DNA of 64,000 bases from contig BFEA01000029.1 of the NCBI GenBank assembly GCA_003427395.1, forward strand, positions 767,577 through 831,576. Reading direction: 5' to 3'. This stretch comes from Chara braunii. Taxonomy: Eukaryota; Plantae; Charophyceae. The notes below the pieces were generated by a model. The model saw only the letters and a list, made by a program, of their open reading frames with translations, searched no databases and was not told the origin of the DNA. Position numbers and translations under genes: made by a program. Positions 50,900 to 63,365 of this stretch are shown here, in pieces (positions within the stretch are counted from its first letter, which is position 1; every line of letters begins with the position of its first letter).

Positions 50900-53379
50900 T
50901 GAATTCCAAAAAATCTAAAACAATATATGTTATGCGCAAGAATAAACTAAACAACATTTGCCTCAACGTTACATCCAAATTATTTACCAAATTTGAAATA
51001 AAAATTAACTACTAAAAATTAATAATAATGATAAAAATTAGGAAAACAAGCGAGAATGAAATTATTGAGTGGGCGAGCACGTTTTTGATACCGCCATCTT
51101 TGGCAATTTTTTGTTTTTTTTTTAAATGACAAATATCATGAAAATTTATATATATGTAGCTTATATAATAGAGAATTCACAAATAAACCTTAAAAAAATA
51201 ATAATTTTTTTCATGCCCCGAAATAAAGGAAAAACAAAAAGTCAGAAGTGAGAAAAAACAAATTAGCGAGTGGGCAAGCAAGTTTTGACACCACCATCTT
51301 TGACGATTTTTCATGTTCTTTTGGAGGAATAGAACGACTTCAAAATTAAGGAGATACCTTACATCACAAAGAACTCACACAAAACATTTCAGAAACAACT
51401 AGTGATATTTAGGTGTCAAAATATTTTTTTTTGGGGTCCAAAGGGTCGGGTCCCGTACGGGGATCCGAACGCCCGAATGTTTGGGGGTCAGCTTAGGGGC
51501 CTCCGTACGTTCGGCCTGGCAACCCTATATATATATATATATCGTCACAAATAGTATATATATACATATATATATATATACAGGGTTGTCGGCGTTCGGG
51601 ACGGGCTGAACGCCCGAACCCGAACGCCCGAACGTACGGGACCCCTTCGAAAGGAGTTCGGCCGTTCAGGCCGAACGCTGACCAAAAAAAAAAAAAAAAA
51701 ACAAAAGATTTTGAAAAAACAAACTGCTATGGAGAAAAATAAACTAGACAACATTTGCCTAAGCACTACATCCAAATTCCTTACCAAATTTGAATGAAAA
51801 ATCAAATACAGAAAATAACACTGTGATAAAAATAAGAAAAAATAAAAAGAGAATTAAAATGAGTGAGTGTGCCAACACCTTCTCGACATCGCCATCTATG
51901 CCGATTTTTAATTTTTTTTGGCATTGACAAATGCCCTGAAAATTTACAAATATGTCTTTTACATAATCAATAACGCATTATTTTTTTTTCAAAAAATAAT
52001 AAAATTGTTTAGGCCCCGAAATAAAGTGAAAACAAAAAGTTAAAAGTGAAAAAAACAAAATAGTGAGTGGGCGAGTACGTTTTGACACCCCCATCTTTGA
52101 AGATTTTTAATTTTTTTTTGGCTTAACAGAATGGCTTCAAAATTTCCAGGCGTGTAGGTTACATCATAGAGAACTCACAAAAAAACACTCGGAAAAAAAA
52201 AATTATTTTTAGGGCCCGAAACAAAATTTGGCGGGGGCCGAACTTGGAGGNNNNNNNNNNNNNNNNNNNNNNNNNNNNNNNNNNNNNNNNNNNNNNNNNN
52301 NNNNNNNNNNNNNNNNNNNNNNNNNNNNNNNNNNNNNNNNNNNNNNNNNNNNNNNNNNNNNNNNNNNNNNNNNNNNNNNNNNNNNNNNNNNNNNNNNNNN
52401 NNNNNNNNNNNNNNNNNNNNNNNNNNNNNNNNNNNNNNNNNNNNNNNNNNNNNNNNNNNNNNNNNNNNNNNNNNNNNNNNNNNNNNNNNNNNNNNNNNNN
52501 NNNNNNNNNNNNNNNNNNNNNNNNNNNNNNNNNNNNNNNNNNNNNNNNNNNNNNNNNNNNNNNNNNNNNNNNNNNNNNNNNNNNNNNNNNNNNNNNNNNN
52601 NNNNNNNNNNNNNNNNNNNNNNNNNNNNNNNNNNNNNNNNNNNNNNNNNNNNNNNNNNNNNNNNNNNNNNNNNNNNNNNNNNNNNNNNNNNNNNNNNNNN
52701 NNNNNNNNNNNNNNNNNNNNNNNNNNNNNNNNNNNNNNNNNNNNNNNNNNNNNNNNNNNNNNNNNNNNNNNNNNNNNNNNNNNNNNNNNNNNNNNNNNNN
52801 NNNNNNNNNNNNNNNNNNNNNNNNNNNNNNNNNNNNNNNNNNNNNNNNNNNNNNNNNNNNNNNNNNNNNNNNNNNNNNNNNNNNNNNNNNNNNNNNNNNN
52901 NNNNNNNNNNNNNNNNNNNNNNNNNNNNNNNNNNNNNNNNNNNNNNNNNNNNNNNCGAGCATGTTTTCGACACCGCAATCTTTGGAGATTTTTCATTTTG
53001 TTTTGGCAGCGCTAAATGCCCTGCAAATTAACAGATGTGTACTTTACATAATACAAAACCCACTAAGAAAGTTTCAAAAAATAATAAAATTGTTTAGACC
53101 CCGAACTAGAGTGAAAACAAAAAGTAAAAAGTGAAAAAATACGTGGGCGAGCACATTTTGACACCGCCATCTTTGAAGATTTTTAATTCTTATTTGTCTT
53201 CGCCAAATGACTTGAAAATTTACAGGCATTTAGTGCACGTCATAGAGAACTCACAAAACAAAATTGAGAAAAACATAATTATTTTTAGGCCCTGAAATAA
53301 TTTTTGGCGGGGGCCAAACGGTGTCGGGTTCGGACCCCGTACGGGACCCCGAACGCCCTCACGTACGGAGGTCTGCCCG

Positions 53380-53427
<48 letters not shown>

Positions 53428-55826
53428 TACCTGACCGAACGTTCGGGGGCCCCCGGCCTGACCCGCGAACGTTCGGGCGTTCGGGGTCCTGTTCGGAGGC
53501 CGAACACCTCCAGGTTCGACCCCCGCCAAAAAATGTTTCGGGGCTTAAAAATAAGTTTTTGTTTTCTGAATTGTTTATTGTGTGTTCTCTATGATGTAGC
53601 CTACATGCCTATAAATTTTGAAGCCATTCTGCTAAGCCAAACAAACATTAAAAATCGTCAAAGATGGGGGTGTCAAAACGTGCTCACCCACTCACTATTT
53701 TGTCTTTTTTCACTTTTAACTTTTTGTTTTCACTTTGTTTCGGCGCCTAAAAAAAAAAATATTTTTTGAAATATTTTTAATGAGTTATTGATTATGTAAA
53801 CTACATATTTGTTGATTTTCAGGGCATTTGTCAGTGCTAAAAAATAATTAAAAATTGGCAAAAATGGCGGTGTCGAAAAGGTGTTGGAGCACTCACTCAT
53901 TTTAATTCTCTTTTTATTTTTTTTTATTTTTATCACAGCGTGTATTTTTTGTATTTGCATTTGAATTCAAATTCGGTAAAGAATTTGGATGTAGTGCCCA
54001 GGCAAATGTTGATTAGTTTATTTTTCTCCATAACATTTTTTTATTTCGGAGTTTTTGACAACTTTTTTTTTTTTTTTTTTTTTTTGGTCCGCGTTCGACC
54101 GGAACGGCCAAATGCATTCCGAAGGGGTCCCGTACGTTCGGGCGTTCGGGTTCAGGCGTTCGGCCCATCCCGAACACCGGCAACCCCATCCCGTATGTAC
54201 GGAGGTCCCCGGGCCGACCTTTGTACGTACGGGCGTTCGGGGTCCCGTACGGGGTCCGAATCCGGCGGCGTTCGGCCCCCGCCAAACATTATTTCGGGCC
54301 CTAAAAAAAAATAAAAAATCTGATCTTTTTTTGGTGAGTTCTCTATGACGTGAGGTACCTGCCTATGAATTTTCAAGTCATTTGGCTTAGCCAAATAGGA
54401 ATAAAATATCGCCAAAGATGGCGGTGTCAAATGTGCTCGCCCACGTTTTTTTTCAGTTTTTACTTTTTGTTTTCACTTTAGTTCGTGGTCTTAACAATTT
54501 TATTATTTTTTAAAAAATTTTTAGTGGGTTTTGCATGATGTGAAATACACATCTGTAAATTTTCAGGGCATTTAGCTATGCCAAAAGAAAATGAAAAATT
54601 GCCAAAGATGTCGTAAAAGTGGTCGCGCACTCAGTAAATTTATTTTTTTTATTTTTTTATTTTTTTATTTTAGTATTCTTTCCCTGTATTTTATTTTTAT
54701 TTCAAATTTGGTAAGGAATTTGGATTTTTTGCTTAGGCAAATNNNNNNNNNNNNNNNNNNNNNNNNNNNNNNNTATGGTGGGCCAAGCAGCATGCGTCGA
54801 AACCCTCTGGAGAGCTGAAGTCAAAGGTCGCAGTAATTGCCAATGCTTCACTCCTGATGCTCCCGATAGCAGTCCCACCGCCGCCAGTTGTTCTCCCACT
54901 GCCTCCGGAGGTGCTGCTGCCAGATGCACCGTTCTGTCTCCTTCATCGTATTCACACTCTCCTTATATAGTTCGAGCTACAGATCCGTTAGATATGACTG
55001 CTGGGTTGGCCATCCGCCCATTCAAGCAGCTGGATAGACCAACGCCATAGCAAAGGCTATGGTGGACGAAGCAGCATGCGTCGAAACCCTCTGGAGAACA
55101 GAAGTCAAAGGTCGCATGACTCCTCTCATGCGCATCCCGGGCCTGCTCTTGCAGGCACAAGCCATTAGCTGATACCCGATATTCATTCATTGGCCACCTC
55201 TTCATTTTACATGTAGTAATCAAGGGCTGTGTTCGGCTGATCCAATTGAAAATAGATTTTGCTCAGCTCCGATGTTGTGACCACCATATCCTTGATGCTG
55301 TCGGACCAACGGTCTTCCTCTTCATTGGCTCCGCCTCTCGGGCCTGCTCTCGGAGGCACGAGCAGTAAACGGGATCTTCGGCACAGTAGATGATAGGCTA
55401 CCTCATGCTTGCATGTGATTGCTTGTGTCCTTGAGAGTTACGTAACGCCCAGGGATCATGCTACAGAGCGCAAGGCGCTCCCAACCCACTCAAGGGTTGG
55501 TTCGAACATCATCACGCGTCGGCATAACTCCGCTATGGCGACTACTGTTCGAGGTACGCTCCTTCCCCCAACTCGTGTCATGGTCTCAGAGCATACGTTT
55601 ACCTAACAAACGCCGGCCGGCCCAGGCGCGAAAGGCGCGAAACGAGAGCGCTATCCCGCCGTGCGGAGTAGCGCTAAGTTAGCGCACCCGAGCGCTACCG
55701 GAATGCCTGCAGTCCCCCTATTCTCTCAGGCCCCTTCTCTCAATTTCACCTTTCATTATCTAACTTTTTTCTTTTAATTCCAAAGTTCCCACTTCATTGG
55801 TTGCAACCAAAAAAAAAAAGAATATT

Positions 55827-56312
55827 CAGCGGCCTAGCTCAGTTGGTTAGGCACGCAAGTGGCACTCAGGAGGTTGTGGGTTCTAGCCCCATGACCGCCT
55901 GCGGCACACTTAGTGCCAACGGACTGTGATAGTCCTCTGGATACCCCTGATCGGTATTAGCAGGGTCTATGACCAACACGGGTGTGTGTGCGAGCGCGAG
56001 TGGGTTGTTTGTGGTGTGTGGGAGAGTGTTGGCCATAGCCTCTGCTGCTACTCACTGAGGGGTGGGGGACTATGAGAAAGGGAGACGCAGCTATTGGCAA
56101 AATGCTCGGTCTTTGCGTTAGCCGGACCCCCACCGGTGGCCCCACCCCATCTCTGACTACCGCTGTTGGGGTGGGGGGCAACATGGAATCCCTTCATTGT
56201 GAGGTGGCTATGCTTGCAGGGGTCCCCTCTATATAGTCTTAGGAGTAGTGGTAGGAAGGTAGTGAAAGGCAAAAAGAATTTGAGAGAAGAACATAGAAAG
56301 ATCCCTTCATTG
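55827..56312 (+). mobile_element. tRNA-derived SINE-like element, cut by an adapter
   Basis: A box TAGCTCAGTTGG, B-box-like GGTTCTAGCC; head shared with the copy at 12877. Confidence 0.65.
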
Positions 56313-56350
56313 CTGTCTCTTATACACATCTAGATGTGTATAAGAGACAG
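56313..56350. other. Complete 38-bp Nextera mate-pair junction adapter (artefact)
   Basis: CTGTCTCTTATACACATCTAGATGTGTATAAGAGACAG. Confidence 0.99.
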
Positions 56351-56379
56351 CGTTCGGCCCGTCTTGAACGCCGGTTACC

Positions 56380-56448
<69 letters not shown>

Positions 56449-57053
56449 TTAACTCATGATCGATAATGAATTTGAGCATAACCCATACGCAAAAGTTGGT
56501 TGTATTGTTATTTTACGTAACATATATTTTTTTTTCAGATTTGTCTGAGTACTTTTTATTTTTTTTATATTTTTTATATTCGTGTTCGGAGGGTTTGGGG
56601 CGCTTGTTCGCGTTTGCGCGAGCATGTTCGTGTTCGCCTCTGAACGCAAACACGGTGCTATGTAGGTCCATATATAAGAGAATATATCCAAGTGACTGTA
56701 TTCGTTAACAAGAGAACATGTGTGAGTGTTTGGAAAACCCCCGAATAGGTTTGTTGTGCTACATACCCTATAGAACTATAAATATGATTTTTTTAGATAA
56801 ACAAAAAATTGGGATATTTTGGTTTCTGAATAAACGGTGTTTTACGAGGTAGTGATTTTTTGTAAAAAAACTTTTTTTTTGCCTCACCACTTCCAGTAGT
56901 TCGTAAATATTACTTTTCTATTTTTTTTGCGGTTAATTCACTTCACATAGAGTTTTTTTCATGTAGGAGGCCTGAAAAATATACTATCAGAATCTTTATT
57001 TTTTTTTGTGCAAACCTAACAATTTCTTTTGTTAGGTTTTCACGAATCTTATT

Positions 57054-59170
57054 TTATGATTTTGTCGATTGACGTTTTTTTTATGCAGGCTTACACAACC
57101 TGAATTTTTACCCTTAGTTTTGTGGATTCATATTCTTCATATCAATGCTACCTCCAAAGTACTAATCAACAGACTCCTCTCTCACAAAATCGTCGTTGAG
57201 ACAGGGAGACTCGCAGACCCGAAGACCCGCTTTCTCCTCCATATTGTAATGAAAGCCTTTGCAGTCAACCTTAGAGCTAATCGTAATATTCGATGTCTAT
57301 AGGTCTTAAGAATCCTAGAGGAGGTTATTCCTATTAACTTGATGTTTGTTGATGACCTTGCTATAATGGTGGAGACATCAACAAAAAATATGAAGGAAGT
57401 TAAATAACTAATGGATAATTTTTTGCAAGTTTCAGATGTAGTTGATAAATAGGGAGCAAGACTCAAGGATAGTGGACCCACTCCTAGGATATTCGACCAC
57501 CAAAACAACCAGGAATTATATGAATGCCTCTAAAAGTACCCATTTGTACACAACATAAGGTAAATTTGCCTCTGATGATGAATAAATTTTTAAACCATCT
57601 TAGAAAAAAATAATCAGTGAAAGAATCAACACACATCGTTATTTAGAAAAAACCTACTAATCAACAATGTTGTGTTGACCTCAATAAGGTATAAATCGAC
57701 ACTCTGGTCACTTGGTGAAGGGGTTATCAAAATCATCAAAAGACAACTCACGACTTTTCGATGGAGAGGGAATCATAACAATTCAAATTTCATCTCAAGG
57801 GTGATGTAGAACATCTTGATACAACTCAAACTCAAAGGGGAGCTATGCATTCTTGATCCCGCAGTGTCATGTCAAGCATTAACTCTTCAATGGTTCAAGT
57901 GACTATATTACTCTCAACAGAAATCTCTGGTATAATTTAGCCTTAGAACGGATTCAGAGATTGGATCTGCTCACATTGGTGAAGGAGCGTTATTGGAATC
58001 CCTAGAGCACACTCTCATCCTCACAAGGAAGGGGATAGAGGTATTAGAGGGTCAGTAAGGCGTGATCAGTCTTTAGGCAATTTATGGGTCATATTACTGC
58101 GTACGTGGCTTCATCCCACCTTGTCTTATAAACGTTTTTTCGATAGATATGAGGATTATTACACCAACCGATGTTTGGGAACAGGTGGATCATAGGTTTG
58201 AGTGGTTGTGTGTATGTCGGTTCAGATTCTTCATCGACAAACTTGGATGAAATGTGAAATTATACGGATTTTGTGGGATTTATCCCGGAAGGATAAAATT
58301 TGTGCTCCAGTACGACGATCATCTACCCAATAATCCAGAAAAGATTATCTTTTCAATTCCACTGGCATGGGTGGTCACACTAAAGAAGGGACCTAAACTG
58401 GTGGAGGGAGATTAGGTAGTGGCATACCAACAAAATTGTAATAGGGTTATTGGTAATATATTAGTTACTCATACTATAGGGTTATTCATTAACCTCTTTA
58501 AACTCCATAGGGATCACAACATGTGAAGGTTCCAATAGACTCGTGCGGAACTATTTCGTTCTACGACATCTACAGGGCCAGGGTTATTTTGGGTCCTCGT
58601 TCAAAGGGATGGAGTGTTTGCTCTCCCCAATTACCTATTTCTAAATTACCACTGAACCCAACAAAATGGGTGTGGCAAACAAGCAAAGAAGGTAGACCGC
58701 GCACTTTTCAGTCTCTCTCAGTTAAAGTGGGCTATCGTTTGTTGCGTCCCAGAGTAGATATTTATTCGGTAGTGCAAGACTGTTGCGTCAGGCACTTAAA
58801 TATCAACTATGACTTAATGTGCCCTATATGCTGGTCCACGAACTTGAAAGAACGACCAACTAATTTTTTCTCTCGACAATGGCGAATTATTCATTGCTCT
58901 CTTCCAACAAATTATTGGTTGATCGACCACACTACCTTGAAACAAGGAGGATTAGCCTTACCTTGGTGTCAATCTTGCTCCATGGCCTTCCCCTATTGAA
59001 GGATAAGGGAAACCGTTGAACATATTTTCTTACAGTGCCCGGTCTCCTCACTTATGTGGCGCCGATGACATTGTGCGTGACTTCAGATAGTGACGACTGA
59101 CTACCAATGGGATTGGCGGGCAATTCTTTTTCGGCATTGAAACCCTCCTAATCTTATACACCTTCGGAAC
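57054..59170 (+). pseudogene. LINE-F ORF2, 3' half
   Basis: YDFVD*, WIHILHINATSKVLIN, RQGD, LMFVDD, WRIIHCSLPTNYW and ETVEHIFLQC. Confidence 0.75.
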
Positions 59171-59177
59171 TTTTATC

Positions 59178-61486
59178 ATTTTTTTATGTTTTTTAATTTT
59201 TTTGGAAAGCCTTTTCACAAGTCCACTATCCTGGCGTGGTAAGAGAACTGCTGGGATTGAGGCCTTCAAGTTTGGCTATTGGCCTGCTCCACACCTGCTG
59301 GAAACCGGGTGCAACGTCCTATGGAAACAACATCAAAATACAGTGTGTATGGGCTATGGTTATTAGTCTTCTTGCCTTGGCGGTACTGTTCCCTTGGGGC
59401 TGCGATAATGTCCTTTCCTTAGTAGATATCTCTCGTTTCTCCCGACCTAACCCTATACCAGGAAATGACAAGCCCTTAATTTTATTATGTACATCCCTTT
59501 TCCCTTTCAGATTTGCGACTTGCTGCATTTCAAGAGTCTGCAGCCCACCCCTAAAAAACACATTCGTAGAATTCAATTGGAGGGAATTTCTCTTCAGAAA
59601 TGATCGTGTAATTGTTAGCATCTTCCCTTTCTAACTAGTATGTGGGTATTGAATAGTACCGAAACTGGCACTTCGGCCGTTTGTGGTATTACTCGAAAGT
59701 TTTGCAACCTAGTAGCTGATGACGCCTTTGTTAGGCAATACGCCCATCCAGACCTTGTTATGTTGTGGTTGATGTTATCATCTAATACACCTGCCCCAAC
59801 CGTCACGATTCCTCCGTCGTGAAGCTAAGATTTTCTCCTTCTCTCTCAACATTTTGCCATCATACTGTGTCCCATCCAATTTTGGGCACGCCCATCCTTC
59901 CGGGTGATCCCCATGTCTTCTTTCAGGCAGGAGTTGGTATGGCTGCTTCTGCCAGTATGGTCCGATAAGGTGTGCGGAGGGGGGAGGTGAAAACAAAGCG
60001 TGGGTTCAGGGAGGAGAGGNNNNNNNNNNNNNNNNNNNNNNNNNNNNNNNNNNNNNNNNNNNNNNNNNNNNNNNNNNNNNNNNNNNNNNNNNNNNNNNNN
60101 NNNNNNNNNNNNNNNNNNNNNNNNNNNNNNNNNNNNNNNNNNNNNNNNNNNNNNNNNNNNNNNNNNNNNNNNNNNNNNNNNNNNNNNNNNNNNNNNNNNN
60201 NNNNNNNNNNNNNNNNNNNNNNNNNNNNNNNNNNNNNNNNNNNNNNNNNNNNNNAAGGGAGAGGGTCAAGGTGGCGGCCAGTTATTAGCACGAAGTTAGT
60301 CGGGAGGAAGATTACTTCGAGAGCGTGGAGGGGTTTTCTTTGCCAGGATGTCTCTGGTGTCCTCCACAGGTTCCATTTTATGTTCTGCGCAATATCTAGT
60401 TCAAAAAATATTATTTGCGGGTCCTGCCATAGTTGGTGGTAGGATTCCCGAATGGCTTCCTTACTACGAGGTCCTTTTCCTCCCGATAATCTGAGATAAA
60501 GGATTTCCAGCCGTCATGAGTCCTTGATGTGATATCCTCCGCTATGGCTTGATGCGCTTGCTGTAGCCTAAATCGGTGGTTTTTCCTTTGAAAGGAACAT
60601 CTAGCTCTCCTGGCCAACATGAGAACCTGCAATCTCATGTATAACAATAGATTGGTGGCGAAGGGAGATCATGATTGCGCCATCAAGTGTTGGTTCTTGC
60701 CGAGCAGCGAGAGGTTAATGACCAATGGGATATGGTTGCCTGTGAGGGAGTGGAACTCGACGCCCCACCAACGCCACAATTGGGTCACCATCGGGCATGT
60801 CAACAAATTGTGTTCAAATGTTGCCCAAGCTGGCGGAGTAAACATGTCGTAGTAGGTACATATGGGGGACATCAATCCCTTCCGTTCAAGGACTGTGCTG
60901 GACAATAGCCACTCGGGGGTGGCAAACAACGATGGAGGATTTCCCATTGCATGACTCTGGGATTCATAGGCATGATCTTGGAGTACTTAGCCCATAGCAA
61001 GTCCGTCATCAGTTGTTAGTCCATCGATAAGTTTCGCAACCATCGGCGATATATTGATTGGTCGATTGATACCCGGGGGCTCGAGGCTCTGTAGCTCCCT
61101 TTAACAGTGTAGTCCCTAATGTGCATCGATTTTTGTCCGGGCCACTCCCATTCTCCCAGGTCAAAGAGCAACCTAGCAAGCGGCATGGTAGGGTTCATAC
61201 ACAAATGTGTCGTCCCGGTGGTCCCCATAACACATACGTGCATGAGACCCAACCCACTTTCGTTGCCATCCAAATTATCATTCCGTGTGAGTTTGGAAAA
61301 TCGGGCTCTTGGTAGGTCGGGCTCATAGGCTTCCAGTGAGCACAAACCCTTTTTATTTTGTTGAACCTTATAAACTGTGAGCAGGATGAGCGAATTGGCG
61401 TGCCTAATCACCCAATCATCTTTGTGGACTGAGGGACCCTTCATAAGAGCTAGCCGCCAAGTTGGAAGGAGAGTCTCCCTCAACTT
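59178..61486 (-). mobile_element. LINE-D: 5'-truncated 3' fragment (contains a gap)
   Basis: T-rich tail ~59178-59203; 3'UTR box at 59295; ATFEHNLLTCPMVTQLWRWW. Confidence 0.7.
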
Positions 61487-61504
61487 AAAAAAAAGAAAAA
61501 AAAA

Positions 61505-63365
61505 GGCCATCTGCAAGAGATAGGAGTGATGATATCGGCATGCCCTCCTATCTATCCTAAGGGTGGCTCCTGTCTATTGGGGAGGAGGATCACCTGCTGG
61601 AAAGTGGGTACAACGTCCCCATAAAAACAAATATGATATACATTGAGCATGATTGAGGGCAGTGATGCCTCTTCAGTCCATGATGAACCGCCATATCTAT
61701 CTAAAAAATCAAGCTATCCTACCCTTCAGAAAACAGTGTATAAATTTGAAGATCACACTCCCTCTCTGCCAAACCACTGCAGCTCTACCAGAGTGAGTTG
61801 TAAACGTGGAAAGAGGTCTATAAAACATTTTGGAGATCTAAGGGAAGATTCAGGCTGCAACGCGAGCTACTCCCTGAAGCTGAGATGGCAGTTTCTCTTG
61901 AGAGGTTCCTCCAAACCTTTTCTTGAGTCTCTATACTTTACCCACATCCTCCCCTTGAATTCCCCCAGGTCAGTTCAAGATAAAATTTTGATTTTTTTTT
62001 TTTTTATATCTTTTTTTTTTTTTTTTTTTTGATGTTAGTTTGATTTTAGTTATCTCTCATTGTACTCCGATTTCAGTCTGAAGAAATCGAACAATTATAT
62101 ACGGGATTTCCCCTTCTCCCAAGGTCACGTTCTCTTTTACTAGGGTGCACCGTTTGTCCCAGAGAGACCATAATACCGCCTTTTGGCCAATAGTAAACAA
62201 ATAATATTGAAATTCAGAAACTTGAACGACCATTTCGTCAGATGGACATTTTTTATTTTTTGAACGAAATTGAAACCGATTTTTTTGGCCGAAAACTCGT
62301 CAAAATTTGTTGTTCCTGAGGGTCCAGCGTTTTACAAACGCTAGATCCCTTGGTTGTACATTGACCTAGATTGAGACCAAGCACCTCCAGGCAGGACTGC
62401 CTGGAGGTACCTAGTCTCAAGCTAGGTCCATGTACAGCCAGGGGGTCCAGCGTTTTACAAACGCCAGACCCTCATGAACAACAAATTTTGACGAGTTTTG
62501 GGCCAAAAAACTCGGTTTCAATTTCGTTCCAAAAATAAAGGATGTCCATTTTGACGAAATGGCAGTTGTTGGAAGTCTATAGGCTCCCATTGACCTAGCA
62601 AAATAGCACTCCAGTCCCACAACCGTTCTATTCCAATCAACTTCCTCCAAATGCAATCCCACCGTCTTCATACTCGTAGAATTGAAACAGGACACTGCAT
62701 GAAACTGTGTTCAATAATTTCACAATTTTTCCTACTAGGGAAAGTCATGTGACAAGACTTGCACCATGAGGAGCCTAAAGCTCTTTGCTCCAGAGTTGAA
62801 TGATCAATGATCCAGTCGTTGCCGGTAGACACCGATAAATGATCTGCCATTAAAGGGAATCAAATTTACTTGATCTTTGTTTTAAGCTGTCAAAAAGTTA
62901 AATATTTTTAACTGTATTTATATCAATATCCAAATGTCCGGACCACCTTTCATGCACAATCGCAGCGACATTTGCCCTTGGTCTGAGTAGACGATATGCT
63001 GATTTAACCGAGAGGGATTGTAGAGTTCTTGATTTTTTTTTTTTTTTTTGATCCTCCAAACCTACTTCTCCAGGTCCAGAGGCCCAGAGGGAGTTCTTGG
63101 ATAGGGTGGTGAGGATGGTAAGCTCTCCAACCTCGGTTGTCGGGAAGTATATTAACACCCGGATCCCGTGAAGGTCCAGAAACGAGAAAAACTCCACCCG
63201 ATCATTGGGGGATGGGTGTAAGAAAAACTCCTTAGTCATCTTACATAGATTCACTAGAGCCCCCTCTGAAAGAATGTGAAGGACTTGACCCACTTCCCAC
63301 TGTTCCAAAGTGCTAGTTCTCAATACCCAGTCTCCCTCTTTGAAAATAACACCTTTCCTTAGCAT
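61505..63365 (-). mobile_element. LINE-E: 3' fragment interrupted by a palindromic element
   Basis: SLSVKSAYRLLRPR, WCKSC..EHSFMQC and VLWSLW; 3'UTR box at 61594. Confidence 0.7.
62228..62567. mobile_element. GACC...CAGTT palindromic element, copy 3
   Basis: Same termini and arms as the copy at 29183. Confidence 0.85.

Larger units (their letters stand above)
49941..56665. mobile_element. CTNNNTAGCAC-ended MITE containing several CAGGG/TAGGG MITE copies, gaps and a SINE-like element
   Basis: Ends CTTAGTAGCAC / GTGCTATGTAG; TSD GTTCATAT / GTCCATAT; CAGGG-family pieces at ~50810-51526, 51581-52250, 52956-53382 and 53422-54742. Confidence 0.65.
34343..57053. mobile_element. TIR element hosting a ~22.7-kb nested stack; a second copy at 34614-35443 sits inside it
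   Basis: ATTCGTGAAAACCTAACA / TGTTAGGTTTTCACGAAT inverted ends; the LINE-F RT resumes on the far side; TSD degenerate. Confidence 0.65.

Noticed and set aside
49800-53134. Long ORFs in the track
   Set aside because: Made of N runs and (TA)n
20130-56350. Tn5 composite transposon bounded by mosaic ends
   Set aside because: The ends are the synthetic mosaic end in the back-to-back adapter arrangement; no transposase
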